NCBI GenBank assembly: GCA_964106645.2
Contig: OZ067040.1
DNA length: 64,000 nucleotides
Direction: 5' to 3' (one strand)
Source of the DNA: Podarcis pityusensis
Lineage: Eukaryota
Under the pieces are notes generated by a model. That model saw only the letters and a program-made list of their open reading frames with translations, did not search any database and was not told where the DNA came from. Positions 14,501-30,000 of this stretch are shown one piece after another. The position numbers and the translations under genes were made by a program. The number at the start of each line of letters is the position of its first letter. The first letter of the stretch is position 1.

Positions 14501-17500
14501 CTGCAGAATTTAGTGCTTAATGAACACTTGACAAGCTCTTGCTTGCCTAGCTAATTTGGACTGCATGGGCTATGAAAGATCAAAGTGAGCATAAAATCCA
14601 CTCATATGCCCAACCAGCCTTTTATCCAGCTGTTTTGTAGCTAACATGTAATGCTGACAATCAGAAGATGGCCAACGGAGCAATGTAGATCATTTCCCTT
14701 TTATCTTTCCCATGAGACCACTATATAATTCTAGTATCCAACTCTGAATCTGATGACATAAAGGACACTTGAAGACAACTGCAGCTCTCAAAGAGAATGT
14801 GCAACATTTATTATTCCTGAGATTGGCAGCAAAAGGTATTTTGCAACATAGCAGCTCACCAGCATGCTTCAGCTATAGCAGGGATGAGCTTGGGGAGTTA
14901 AGAGTCTTAATACAAACTGGCCGGCCGCAGGTCCCTCATATCCCTAAGATACTGCATGCCAATCAGAGATGTATGCAACACAGACCAAAAGAAGTACAAC
15001 ATTCTAGGCTACTGCAAGCCAAACACCTCAAGAGCTACAAGTTGTTCTCAGCTTTAAAATGGTTTTGTAAAAATGTACATTCTGTATCTACCTGTTCCGT
15101 ATTCCTGGAGGGAGGTTTCTTTTGCCAACATCAGTAGCTGGGTTCATGCAGGCAAACAAACGAAAATTTGAATGACGTACCAGGGGCTCTACAAGGAAAA
15201 AAATGCACAACCAACAAATTACAGCGCTGTTTGGCCCCATAAAAACAAATGAAGCATACAAACAAAAAAGCATGAAACAGCCATTTAAGGAAAATTAAAA
15301 ACAGAAGTTCAAGAAGCAAACAGAAAAACTCATACACAGCCAATTGGTTGTCCTAGCTGGTGAAAACCTACTCTCAAACTTCAGAGAAAGCTATCCTTAA
15401 AAGCAAAGATGAAAACTGCTTCTTCTATCTTAGCAAACAAAAGGGTCTTTTTTCATAGTCCTCTGGGTCTTGCTATTCTTCAAGCTAAGGAACAGCATGG
15501 ACAATGAATTGCAATTTTCTTCTTCAGGAGAAAACTCTCACATGCTAATCTCTTAAGTTATCGGGAATCAAAAGAGTGAAAAGATAGTATTATTCAGATA
15601 TGAGTTTTTCAGCTATCAGTTTACAGGGCTTCCTAAAGTGGTCAACGTTGACCCACAGGGTTTATGTGACTGTGCAGAGGTTGACCTAGGTGTGAAAAAG
15701 TTTACAAGATATAGTGCAAAGAAATTAATTAGGCTCTATGAGCATCAGAAATAAAGGGCTTGGATATTTAGTGATCAGCACCTCCTTTATGAATAATATA
15801 ATCTTCTTTTTTACAATTCTTCGTAATGGTGATTATATTGTGGATTATATACTCAAATTTATTGAGTTTATTTCATTTACATTCCTAATAATTTGCTTCT
15901 GGGTCACATCTTTATATGCTCATCTGTGGGTCAATGAACTTAGATGACTTGAAACCATTAATTTCAACCTCTCATTTAAAAAAAAAAAAAGGAACTGAAA
16001 AAATAAACCACTGCAGAACAGGAAAACTTGCTGCAACAAAAAACAAAAACAATACCTGTGTCTCCTCTATCCAGTAATATCAGTGAACCAGATAATCCTT
16101 CAAGTAAACCACTCAGACACTCTAAAGTTTCTGCTGCTGCCAAATTGATCTCATCTAGTAGAATCCATTCTCCTTTTTTCACTGCTTGTGCCAAGGTGCC
16201 CTAAAAAAAAGACAAAAAGACTCAAAATTAGCATTTGATAGGCATCTGGTGCTGCCCTCTATTTGGACTATGTTTTGAAAACTGCATTTATAGTCAGAGG
16301 GACCAGATAATTCTAGTGGTATAAGCAGAATTCCATCTTTTACATTGTTTTTAAGCAAGTTGGTGGGGTGGAAGCTCCTTATTTAATTAACTACTCTTAC
16401 TCTATAACTGTTAAATACCTGCAAACCTTTCCAAAGCGTTTCTAGTTGTACCTACTTTTTTTTTACCTAGCACCAAACCCTTTGCAACATTAACTTTTTT
16501 CCTCAATGAGGACTCATTCTTCCTGACTTGCAGAGGAAATCTATTTCACCTTCATTTTCAGTCAAGACTAAGGGGAGTAAAGGTGCTCATCACACAAGGA
16601 CATTAAGTGAAACCTGGCTAGCCTGAAATCAAATGACCGCCTCCACGGGCAAAAAAACCAGAAACTGTGTGTGTGTGTGTGTGTGTGATCCACATCACAC
16701 ATATGAAAGCATACTGCTTCCTCCAAAGAATCCTGGAGACTGCAATTTACCCCTCACAGATCTGTAATTCCCAGCACCTTTAACAAACTGCAGCTGCAAC
16801 TTTATTTTAATAAAGTAACTTTCATATGCATCTTATGGACAAATATGCTCTTTTGCACAAAAGGACTACCTCTACAAATGCAAAAACTAGAGCATTTTCT
16901 GTCATCTTCATCTGTTGTTTTGCATGGTCTAAGCGGATACCAAGTTCTTCCCACTTTTCCTTCAATGGTGAGCCTACAAAAAAAAAAAAAAGGCAAGCTA
17001 TAGTAAACGTAGGATAAGATAAAAACATTCAAGTTCATGAAATCATGTAATAGAATTTGTCATAGTGCAAAACAACTCTGAATATAACATAAGCCGCTCC
17101 AAAGAGAATAGTGTAAACTGAGGTAGAAGTCCAGTTATTCCAACAATCACCTTTAGACCAATGATTTTATGCAATTTAAATCCTACTAGCAGAACAGGGA
17201 CATTAAAATGAATGAACTGAATGAGTTGGAATTCATTGGACCCAAGTAACGTTTGAGGTCAAGTAATGCTCCAGTCATTTGTAATGCTCCAGTCATTTGT
17301 AATGCATATACAATCACCTCCTCTGTTTAAGCAAAGTAATGCTCACAAATCTGTTATCTTTATTGAATACATCTGGATTCAGCCTTAGGAGGCTAGTTAC
17401 GTAAACAGTATCTCTTTCCACTTCAGAGCAGTATCTTATTTTTATCTTTATTTATTAAATTTCTACACTGCCTGCCAACTGAGGACCATAGGATAGTTTA

Positions 17501-20500
17501 CAACATGAAAACACAAAAATACGTATCATAGTAACAAACAAAACAATGACCTTCCCCCCTTTCCCCTTTAAAATGCAGTCAAGCTTATATTATTATTATT
17601 AGGCTGGGATAAAGTTTGTACAACTTTAACAAGACCTTTACCTCTTCAGTCAAAGATGATGAGTGAGAATGTTAAATTCTTTCTGTCCTTTTATCTAACT
17701 GTTCATTAAATAGTTCAGGAAGGCTTAACTGTGACTCCCAAGCATCTCCCACCCAAGCCACTCATCAGTTCCACACCCACTAAGCTTCAGGAATGCTATT
17801 GGCTCATGTATCAGAAAATGCTATTTTCTACTGCAGAAAAGTTGCTTTTTCCCCCTCTACTGCTGATCTCTCCATATTTGAATTCTAGAGAAAAATCACA
17901 CCTAGTACAGTGGTACCTCTGGTTACGAACTTAATTTGTTCCAGAGATCCGTTCTTAACCTGAAACCGTTCCTAACCTGAGGAACCACTTTAGCTAATGG
18001 GGCCTCCCGCTGCCGCCACCGTGCGATTTCTGTTCTCATCCTGAGGTAAAGTTCTTATCCCCAGGTACTACTTCTGGGTTAGTGGAGTCTGTAACCTGAA
18101 GTGTTTGTAACCCGAGGTGTTTGTAACCAGAGGTACCACTGTACCTCCCTTGCCAAATGCACACTGAAGCACAGTCCACCCAACTTTAAGAATGCAAGTT
18201 CTGCTTAAATCTCTCGTTTTATTTATTTGATTTCTACCCTGCCCGTCCTCAAACAGAAGCCCATTTTAAGAACTTGGAAGTCTTACCATTTTCTTTAGCT
18301 TCCTTATTAATGGCAGATTTGTGTACATGCTGCATCAGCTTGAGAAGATCATGCCAGCGCTTCTGTCTGTAACATGTCTGGATGTGCCCCAAGAAAGTCT
18401 GGTTTTGTTTCCTGGAAAACGTCTGTGCAAAAAGCTCCTCAAAAGACTCTCGCAAGGGCAACCAAATCAGTTTGTTATCCACTGGCTTATAGCTGTAAAT
18501 TGGGCAAACAGTAACGTGTTAACTGAAAACTCCGGCAGCGACATGTGGCAAGATCAGGCTCAGTACGATCGGACAAGGTGAAAATCAAACCAGCCTCAGC
18601 GGATCTGATAACAGATAAAAGGTGAATCTGGTGGCCCCTGCACACCATTACTAAACAGATGACTTGAATATGTTGAAAATTAGAGACCGGCTGAAACATA
18701 TAAGAGAACTTACCCCTTTTTTTTTCAGGTACACAAAATGTCAAAAATTTCATCCCACAGCTGCATGGCACCACTCATCCCAACATCTCTCCCTGCCCCA
18801 AGACTGAACATTCCCTTTTCCTTGTTCTACTTCCTTGTATTCCATCCATGGAATCCCACACCCCATTTCATGTTGCTCTATGTACTTTTCTTTTTGCCAT
18901 ATGGTTCTCTATTTTCGAATGCAGTAACTCTTATGAATGGGGCCAATGCACACGTTTACTAAATACAAGATCTGAACTCATGGATCGAGTGAAAAAAATG
19001 ATTTGTTGATGCAGTTGTCAACAGCAATTTGCAGAATTATTAGACACTCACCCCCCTAGGAGATCTGCAGTATCACTCTGCTGATTCATGTTGATAACCC
19101 TCAAACGGTGTCCTTGAAGAAACAAAACACAGAAAACACACTGAAGCACTTCTCAAACCTTTTCTAGAATCCTGGTCAAAGTCCCCGTATTATACTACAT
19201 TTTACCTGTAATGTGGGCCAGGTATTGAACAGTAGATGTTTTGCCTGTCCCCGTTTCACCCACCAACAAGACAGGCTCTCCTTTGTCGACACACACAGCC
19301 AGCTGCTCAATTAATACGGATGATGGACGTGTGGGAGCAAAGGTCTGCTTTTTTCTGCGAATACAGGAAAGGGTACAATCTTCTGTTAGCAATACTCTAA
19401 CGCTATGTGCTAAGCATCTCCAAGTGCATTTGATTCACTAATTCTACAAATATAATCTCTCTCTATTACCAGGTTTCAAAAAAACACCTAAATGAGACAT
19501 CATTAAAAATGCTGGCACGGAATTTTAAAGTTACAAGCACATTTAAAAAGTGCACTATTGTACATCAACCTGTAAGCCATCTGGTTGAAGGGTGGCTTAG
19601 TAATTTTAAAATATAAACAAACAAACAAACAAACAAACACATCAATACCTTTGCACAAGAAGCGCATGAACTTGCTTCCGTAAGAGCTGGACTCTTCCCA
19701 CAGAGACCTCTTGCTCCCTTATTGCAATTTCTGGTTTGTAAAGTTGACAGTAGTATTCAGTCTAGAGTAAATAAATAAAGAGCATACATACTGAACTCAG
19801 CTTACTAAAAAGAAACATATGATGTAGTCCTTTGCCATATGCAGTGGTACCTCAGGTTAAGTACTTAATTTGTTCCGGATGTCTGTTCTTAACCTGAAAC
19901 TGTTCTTATCCTGAAGCACCACTTTAGCTAATGGGGCCTCCTGCTGCTGCCGCGCCACCAGAGTATGATTTCTGTTCTCATCCTGAAGCAAAGTTCTTAA
20001 CCCGAGGTACTATTTCTGGGTTAGCAGAGTCTGTAACCTGAAGCGTATGTAACCTGAAGCGTATGCAACCCGAGGTACCACTGTACAACTGAAAGTTAAG
20101 ACACAAGTCCAGTTTGCACATCACAGTAAGGAATAGTAAATAGTTTATTGTGAATGTGCATCTGGGTTGTATGTTTTCCCCCCTCTCCTCATGATAGCAG
20201 GGAGCAGACAGACCACAGTCCCTGCTTAGCATTATGTCCAAACCAGAGGCCATGGTTTGCTTTGCTTTGCTTCAAACCATGATCAGCAAATCAAGAACAA
20301 CCTTAGCTACAGTAATTTGCCGGGAACAAAACAAACTATGACCCCTCATTTGAATGTAACACTTGCTTCCTCCAAGTGTGAGTGGACGGGATTCAAATGA
20401 CCAAGATCACCATGGTTACAGTGAACTATTAACTATGGTGATGTGAGAACAAGGCCTTTGGGCTGTATTCAGTTGTTACATGAACAAAAGTCAGCTCATG

Positions 20501-23500
20501 CAACCAGACTTTCTCTTTCACTCCTCCTCCTCCTGATGCTCTCCCCTGCAACCACTTTTCCCCTCCAAAGGGTTGGGTGCCTCCTAGTGAAGCCTATGGT
20601 TGCAGAAGGGAAGCTGCTGCCTCAAATCAGGCAATGGGATCTTGCACCAGTGGCAATGTGCATGTGCATGATCCTTACACCCAATTTCAGCCATGTTACC
20701 TGTGGCTTTCTTCTTTCAGAAGGAAAGCAAGAGTGGACACTACCCAGTTAGATCATTTAATTATTTCTTGGCAGTGAAGGGGAAATGAAACTATTTTTTT
20801 CCTCCTGACAAAAGGGGTATTTATTACACAATGCAGTATGTGTGTGAACTCTTCCAGTCTACCTTATGCTTGGAAATGTTCAGTTGGCTTCCAATGATTT
20901 CTGCCATCTTCAGTCTACTTCCTTGCTTGGACAGTATAGCTGTGAAACAATCCAACGCCTGTCAAAGTAGAGTGGAAGGGACACACACACACACACACAC
21001 ACACAGACGAGAGAGAGAGAGAGAATTCAAGTTAATTTGATATTTAATCAGAGATTCTACTTTTCTTCCATACTTCGAGTTCACTGTAGTCAAAATATAC
21101 AACTGAGCTTCATGCAATGTATCGCTAGTATGCCTCCATGAGGAAAACAAGAGAACGAGCCAATTCAGACATTTCAGCTCTCTTCATAATGGAATTTCTG
21201 GTGTAACAGCTGTGGGACCTGGCATGTCCCCAACAACAGCTGCTTCTTCCTAGTGTGATTTATGCAACCATTCCTGTGAATCACCCATTGTGAAGCAGCA
21301 GGTCTAGTGAGATCGACCCTCAAGGAAAATTTCCAACACCAGAACCAGCCCCCAGTTCATAGTCCAAATGCAGCCTGGTTTTTACATTTTAAGGAATAGG
21401 TCAACATCACTCTAAAAAACAGGGAATAGTTTGACACGTACCTCATGAAAAATATTCAGTGCAGTAGAGGAGGAAGAACTATCAAAGTTGTAAGCGATCC
21501 TGTTGCACCAATTCAGCAAGTCCCTAACACAAGAAAAGAAGTGATGTGAAGCAGCTCAACAGTAGTCCTTCATTTAACTTTCCTCAGCTGCACACTGCTA
21601 AAAGTGCTAGTCTCACTTCATTAATTGCATGGCTATTTTTTTTAAGCGCCAACTCACCACATTTTCATTCAATTAATGCCTTCTCACTAGGAATTTCAAT
21701 TAAGAACAGAGCAAATGGCCTCCAACACACTAGAGAGCAGTAGTCCAAAGATAATTTGCCTCCCCCAAACTCAAATATCCATCAGCTTAATTGCATATTA
21801 AAATACCTCAGAGATAACTCTCTGCCTTCTAAGCTCAGGCTTTTTTTGTTTTCGGTTAAGTATGATGCGTCTTCCATTACGTTCTCATCGTCTGTGATAT
21901 GGCTTTGCAATAGATGTTTATCACCAGTAAGCTCAACATAAATCTCTAACAAGCGATCAATTACTACAGCAAGTTTAGGATACCTCCTCTGAAGAATCTG
22001 AAAAACAAAATAACATTAGCTGAAGTAAATATTTTGCAGTGTTCCAAGGATTATATAACTCATTGAGTTTTGTCTATGCAGACAATGGTCTTAAAATCCA
22101 GAGATTTGATACATTTACAGTCTGCACAATTGCCTGGACTGGTCCCATGGGGTAGTGCCTACCATCAAATTTTACTTTGAAATTCTCTTAAAGGAAAATT
22201 TCTTTGCATGCCAATTACACTGTAAAATACAGTAATGTTCTTAATTTATCTTAGGCTTCATTTGCTAGATAGAAATGTCAGTCAGTAAGATGAACCTGGT
22301 GGATTGGGCAAATGGCCCATCTAGTCCAGGTTTTTTGTTCTCACTGTGGCCAACAAGATGCATATGGGAAACCTGCAGGCTATACTACGCTGAGGAAATG
22401 GCAATAACAATTTAAGATGAAGTCATAGCTGGACAGTTGGGTTAAGTCAATCCAGCAACGTCAATCTGTTTCTCTTGCAGAAGCACAAAGCAGCAAGCAT
22501 TCCATTATGGAATGGATACAAACTTCTTTCATGTCAAGGATTGTGTTTGGACATCATGCTAAACTATGGTTTGGTGAGATGTAAACGAGACTAACTCCCT
22601 CCCAGTTTTTTGGCTCGGACAACACAAGAAATCATGGTTAACCAAACACAGATGCTTCTAAACTTCTCACAGCCATGTGGGGAAAAGGGAACGGACACAG
22701 TTTCAACCTCTTCTACAAAAATTAGGACTACTTTCATTTGTTTTTAAATGAAAACACTTTGACATCAGTTCACAAAGTAAGAGTTCTCTTTCTGATACCA
22801 TTTACCTCTCTGAGTTCAACTTTAGGCATATTATTCAGCTTAATTTTTGTCCAGTATTTATCTAGAAGAGCAGCATGGCTGTTTTGCTGTTTGTACCAAC
22901 CACCACCATAACTGAAGAGTCTAGATTAAAAATCAAAGAACAAATTAATTGAAGCATTAGAAGTATTATAGTGCAGAACAGAATAAGTTCAAGGGTTCTG
23001 TAAGGCTCCTGCACTGCAGCTCTACAACCAGCTAAGGGAATCAAAGTCCCAACATCATCAATACAAGAAACACAAATTCACCATCTACAATTGTCCAATT
23101 GTCATTCTTCCACTTTACAGTCTTTAAATAATGAAATGCTAAGTAATTGCTTATAGGGCAGCTGTATCCCGCAGGCTAAGCAAAACGACAACAAGCACGT
23201 TCTATGTGCAAAGCACTTCATACATGTATAATGTCAATAAGCATAAAGACAGGACAATATTATCTGCATATTACAGATTACGGCCAAGTGATGATGACTT
23301 CCTTATGGCTGCTTGGTAATTCCTCTTATCAAGCTTAGTTTTCACTTATATTCCAGGGGAAAGAGTTGTATTAGGTTTCAAAATAATCTCACGCTCCTAA
23401 CTATCATTTTCCAGGAGATAATTTTCTATTTCTTAGTATGGAAAATTGCAAAAGAAATAGCAAAGGAGTGCCCACATACTTATAATTAAAAAATCATGTC

Positions 23501-26500
23501 ACCTTTATATATGCACACAATTTAAATACTGGATTTCCCCCCCCCCCCATTCCTATATATATGACTATTGTCTAGTCACTGCCAAAAGGATTCATGTGCT
23601 AAGAGCTTTCCTTGTGTTAACAAAGCTACACAGTCTACCTTCTCGTTGCAAAAAGATGGAACCCAGGAGCTACTTTTATACAGTCACTTCGCCCAGGAAT
23701 CAACAGTTCTCCATTTTCCAGAAGAGGAATCAATACAGAGATCTAAGGAATAGGAAAAAAAAACACAGAATACAATTTCAATGACCAGGATGTAGAGCAC
23801 CACAAGAAGAATCCCACTCATATAGCAGGACTTTCTCACCTTAACTCACTGAACCCTTCCCATAATTGCTTTTGGGCAGGACATACATAGAATGTGGTGC
23901 TATATCAGTAGGGAAAAAAATAAAAAATCTAAGGAATTTTCATTGTAATGCCATATTCTCATGCATGAGGCTATCTTGATGCCCCACCTTATATCAATGA
24001 CAACCAAAAAGACTTAACAGCAGTCAGACAGTGCTGCTGTGTTTCACCTCTGCTGGTGACCAAATATGTTACAAGAAATGTTAGAAATCTCATTCCCAAT
24101 AAGCAGCCTTTTACATATACATTCCAGTTCTAGATTGTGGGAGATGGGTGTATAAGAGAACCAGTGAATAGCAGATACAGACAGGATCCATTCAGTAGTT
24201 TGTAACAAGTGTCCCCAAAAATCACTGCCCACGAAGAAGAAAATACACTGGGAATTGAGAACCATGATAACTTTTTGGGGAAAACTTTTGCTTTCTTTTA
24301 TCCAGTGCCCTTAAGTTTCCTTTGCTTTGGTTACAAAATACTTGACTTTCAAGAAAGATACCTGTGCCTCTCACCCAAGGTATTTATGGACTACCTCTAG
24401 AAAGCACAGCTACATACCACATCCAGAGGAGCATAATCAATATCCTCCAAGAGTATCCAGTGCCCTTTGCTGACTGCTTGGGTCAGGGTCCCAGGTTGCC
24501 ACACAAACTCCCCTGGTACATCTGTACAACGATACATGCCCAGTAAGGTCTACAAAGAAGAACAAGCAAAATTTTTAAATAATGTCCATATAACTTTACA
24601 AAGTGTCTTCAAATATTTACCGAACAATAAAGTTTCTGAGGTATGTATTTATTTCTATTTGCTTTCTTCCATACTGGGTACGCTACCAAATATAAATATT
24701 GCCAGGTATAGCTTCAGCAGCTATGATAAGCTCAGTGGGAACAAGCACTGCCAAATCATTCTTGCTGTGCCCTCTCATAGTATGAGCAGGAGCAAAAATC
24801 ATGAGTTTGGATTACTGTGGTGTTTGAGCCAGTGAGATATCCCTCACCAAACAACCCATGACCTAAAGCAAAGCCCCAATAGTGGCTGCTTCAGGCATCC
24901 CAGTAATCTATAGTCTTGCTCATGTTTTACTAGGGGAGGAATGCAGCAGGAGGGATTTCTGAAGTGTGCACACTGCTAATTCCATAGTAAGACATGGTTT
25001 TTGGCTTATCATTACATCTGAACGCAGCCAGTTTCTGCAAGGCAATTAACTTTGTAATAACAACTGCAAGTGAAAACTAAAATGCATTTTCCATTACCTT
25101 ACTATCAGTCTGATCTCCTAGCTGGACTTTCAGAATGTGAGGTGGCTTTATCCTTCCCGTAACGGCTGCCAAGTATTCAACAAGATACGTTTTGCCACAA
25201 CCTACTGGTCCTTCAAGTAACACTGCATTTTGTGAAGCTACAGCCATAGCGAGATTTTGAAGATTTGTGCAGGAAGATTTCACCAACACAAATTGGTTCA
25301 AGATGGTCTCCTGCTGAGACAAGAGAAGGCATTGCTTTCAACTGATAATACTGGGTGAAAGTACTATGGAGAAATGTGAAATGCAAGTTACAAATTTGCT
25401 AAGCTACCATTTTTTACGCATCCCAGAGCCACACACATCCATGTCCCCATTCCACCCCCATTTTTTAAAGGGGGATTTAAACCCTTGCACTTTCTTCCTC
25501 CCACCAAACTCAAGTGTTCCACTTACCCTGCTCCAAGGTGCAATTTACAGCAATAGTACCTTCAGGAACAAATAGCAGCTTCAGGGGGATGAGATAAATA
25601 CGGACCAATCACCCCACTCTGAAGCTGCTGTTTTAACCAGGAGAGGAACAATGGCCATGTTTAATGACAAGTCAATTGTAGTATCATTTTATTATTGTTA
25701 TTTCAAAGATTCAGCTTACTTTAGCATATGCTCAAAATTCTGATCCATCTCAAATACATACACAGTACACTGGCGCAATCCAGGCAATTGCACCACACAC
25801 ACTAAGGAATCTTCAGTATAAAAAAAAAAAAGCAAAACCCAACAGGCTATTTTGTGAAACTCATAGTTGGTCATTTTTCCTATAGCATTATTAAGACTAA
25901 TAGTGACACTTTTTAATCTTTCTACTTTGTAGAGAGCCACTCTTGTATGATTTTAGCTGTGCCTAGTCTCTAGAGCATAACTTTATTCAACTTATGCTCA
26001 GAATTTCACTTATGTTTGAAGTTGTGTTCTTCATATGTTTCTATGTATGAAATTGCCCTGCGTTAAGACATCAGAATACATGGAGTGCCAGCTGCATACC
26101 TGGAGTGACAGAAAGTAAGGTATTTTGCTCCACGTATTAAACACTATTGTCAGATCGCAGTGATATCTCTGCCTTAAGATCTAGCAGAGATTCTCACCAG
26201 TCAGAAAGGTACAAGGTGATTTTCACCAACACTCAGAATCCTTCTGAAGCAGACTGTTTGGTAACAAAGAGAGCTGTATAGAAAGAACTGTCTTAGCCCC
26301 TTTGGTATACTTCATACAGATAAATGAGACCATGATTTCTATGTTACTTAACATCCAAGCCCGTGGATATCAAAAAGGGAGGGGGGGAACACACACACAG
26401 AGGCATGGATCAGGAATGGGACTGGAGATTTCAAAGGCCCTTGCTCTTAAACTGTAAAGTGTATTCCATCTATAAAGGGAAGGATACTATTTTGCAGAAA

Positions 26501-26988
26501 CTTTTACACAAAACATGTTTGTTTGTTTTTGCCTTAAAACTGAAGGACAGGATTTTAATCAATGCTTAAATGCATCAAAGTAGCACTACGTAGAAATTTT
26601 GAGGGAAACAAAGGCCCAGGATTTCTCTCTTTTCAGAGAGAAATCTCCTAGAGCTGGGGTAGGCAAAAGGTAGATCAGGGTCAGCGCCAAAGAATTGAAT
26701 TTACGTATCAGTCCTTTACTTACATTTGCTCCTGGTCCAAACTGTTGTCTAGGGAGCAGAACACCACATACTGCTACAACCTTTGCAGAGAGGTCAGCAG
26801 ATACAAGTTCTCCCTGAGTGTACCGCAACTCCTCCTCTTTGTTCCAAAAGGTTGCGTCTGGGTTGGCCAAGACAAGGGCACACTCAACATTCTGCATCCG
26901 TGATTCCTCCAGTAGCCTATCAGTAAAAAATGTGCATCTTTCAATGTTTTGAACAAGTGGGAGACAAATCTACCATGTAAAATATTAA

Positions 26989-27031
<43 letters not shown>

Positions 27032-30000
27032 GACATCTTGGGGGAAAACTTACTTAAGTCTGAAATGTATTAACTCTTCTGGATTAAATATCTTCTTCAG
27101 GAAGGATAACCGATGCTCATCATTCATGCACGTAACCAGTGCGAGACAACTGGCAGTATACCTAAGAAGCAAAGGCAGCTCAAGTACTGTTACATCTTAA
27201 GTCTATAGAACTAGGTTCCTTTCAGAGAAAAACAACAAAAGGCTATCCTGTCCCTTCAAATGGTCTGTTTGATCAATGGTCTTCAATAAATGATTTGGCC
27301 ACTGATGCACAGGTCTATGTGCCAACTTAAAGTGGGCCACACCAATGGCACTACCACCATTTTCATTCTGCCTTATAGTTATTGCATTTGTAAGAGAAGA
27401 GTGATGGAACAGGACAAAAAACAAAGAACTTGGATGTAGGTCTCACAATTTAGTGTGGGGTTAATGTCAGCCCCTGGGCCTGAAAATTGAGGAGCAGTAG
27501 TAGGCTCTAAGAAAATACACCCAATATGACCAAATCAATCTTTCTTCATATTTAACTCCGGCAATTTTAGCCTCAACCTCTTGCCAGAAACTGCTCTTCT
27601 TGTCAATAGGAGGTCTAATGTAGGCCAGTAACCATACTGTAGGTTACAAATCCAACTCAAATGTGGCCAAGTCATTCTCTGCCCTTATTGCTGTACTGTA
27701 CCTTACTTTCCTCATGAGGTATTAGTAAGACAGCAAATAAAATAGTCCCTACTACACACTGAAAGTGACATATAAAATTAAACGAAAATTAAACTTACCA
27801 TCGAACTAAAGTATCATGACTCCTCAGTAAAGGGACACATACACTCCAGTCCCATAACTCTCTGAATACTGACTGCTCTTTTTGGAGGAATTTGTAGGCT
27901 GCCTCCATGAGATCCCTTAACTTCATTCGTCGCCGCCCATATCGAACCATATTTGTATCTGAGCTCTCCAGAAACAGTCTTTGGAACACTGGTGAAGTAT
28001 CCTTAAAGTATCTCAAAGCAAATCTACATGAAATGAAGATATTGAAAGCAAATGTAAATGTAGCTAGAACAGCGAGGTTTCAGCTCATCTGATGAAGCAG
28101 ATGCTTACCTATTAAAGTCCTGACACAAATAAGAATGCTAAGCTTTTCTGAACTTGGAAAGAAATTGGCAGAAAAACAAACACAAAAAAAAGGTCCTAAG
28201 AAAAGTTATGGTCTTCTTTTCAGCAAATTGTGTTTTAATAAAAAAACTGAAATCCATCACCACTTTTTTCAGTTCCTTAGTTTATCAGAGATTAAGGTCA
28301 GCCTGCCAGCTCTGTGAGTGGGGTGGGGTAGGGACAACTGGTTGGAAGTAGTATTCTGGACTTGACACTCAAACAATAGCCTGAAGACACTTGATGTAGA
28401 CCCAGCTCTGATCTCACTAGTAGCAAGATAGGAACAGTATGCATGTTACTCAAAACTCCTTGGATAAAAGTGTTACTTCTAATCTAATATGGGGATCTGT
28501 CAAGAGCAACTTTCACTTAAACCTCTCTCACTGAAGCAAATAATGCACACACACACCCCTTTATGTTAAAGAAGATGCAGGTCTAACTGATGAAGGGAAG
28601 TTTCTTTCTGCAGCTCTCTTACTGCACATAACTGTGGCATTGTGGGAAAGTCTTGCTTTTAGCACTATTGCTTCTTCTCTTGCATTCTGGGAAGTCTCGC
28701 TCATAATCTTCTCTCTGCTTCTGCACAAGAGTCTGAGAATGTTCTGAACAGTTCCCATTGAGTTCATGAAACAGTGTATCCTGACCTGTTCTTAATGCAT
28801 TGCTGACCACATCCACAGAACGTGATTGTTGTATTCCTTCATGTTATGTTCCTTCAATATCAATCTTTAGTTATAATTTAATTAGGAGGTTTCATGCCTG
28901 TCTAGTTCCAGCTCCGTTTCCCAGTCTTTGATCTATCAGTGATTGATGTCATATGTAATGCCCGCCTTGTACCTATGTTAACCAATCAGCAACAAGTTGC
29001 TTTGTGTTTGTATCAACCAATCAGCCACAAGCACACCTGTGGCAATGTTTGTAATATTCAATAAAAGAGAGTTCCCGGGGCTTGCCCCGGCGAGACGCCT
29101 CTCCTTTGACACTCACCACTCGTCTGTCGTGATTTCAACCCAACAATTCAATCTTTGTATTCCTCTCAACTGAAGCTTGGGTTACATCACCCTTATTGTC
29201 CAATCCTATGCATTTTATTCAAAAGTATGGCTCGCTTCCAAGTAAATGTGCACCTAACAGCAGCTTTAGTTGCAATTCAGTAATTGCTGAATTGAGCATG
29301 TAATAGAATACAAGGCCTTGGTTTAAAACAATTAGCCAAGCAGATACCCTTGACATGTGATACAAAAGGTATGCACAACTGCAAATTCCTGCAGCACACC
29401 TCAAAAAGGGATATGGATCATGGAAACTGGGCTCACTGCATGACTGTATGAATGTAAATCCAACCTGAACTGGCTACCATGTGCACCAACCCTCAGCTTG
29501 TCCACCAAGCAATTCCCCATGAAAGCAAAACTTAATCCCAGACATCTACTGACTTACGGCATCACATCAGGATGATCACCAATAAGTTTGCTCATTGCCA
29601 CACAGAGTCTCTCATGAAGATCATGGTTGATCTGGCCACTGGATTTAATGATTTCTGCATTTCTTTCCATCAAATCGAGCAAGATTGGACGAAACTGACG
29701 GCCAATTAGGAGTGTGCATTCTTTATCCAACAGTAACTGTGCTAAGGCACTGAGGATGCACTGACGGTCCTGCTGACTCCAGATCTGAAAACAAACAGAC
29801 GTTTAGTAAAGTGGTCCCCGCCCCCATTCTACTGCAGTACTAGTCAAGTTGTGTATAGAAGAGACTTTAGAGCAACATTCTTCAACTTAGGATTCCCAGA
29901 TATTGTTGGACTACAACTCCCATCATTCCTGACCATTGCCTAAGCTGGCTGTGGATGATGGGTGTTGAAGTCAACAGTATCTGGGAATCCAAGGTTGAAG

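Noticed and set aside
17263-17305. 18-bp tandem duplication (also a 27-bp duplication at 61537-61590)
   Set aside because: Ordinary slippage duplications with no spacers; not CRISPR-like.
17650-23370. Possible intronic C/D-box snoRNAs (RTGATGA at ~17656 and ~23289) in a ribosome-biogenesis host gene
   Set aside because: No CTGA D box with a terminal stem at a suitable distance; a snoRNA covariance search would settle it.
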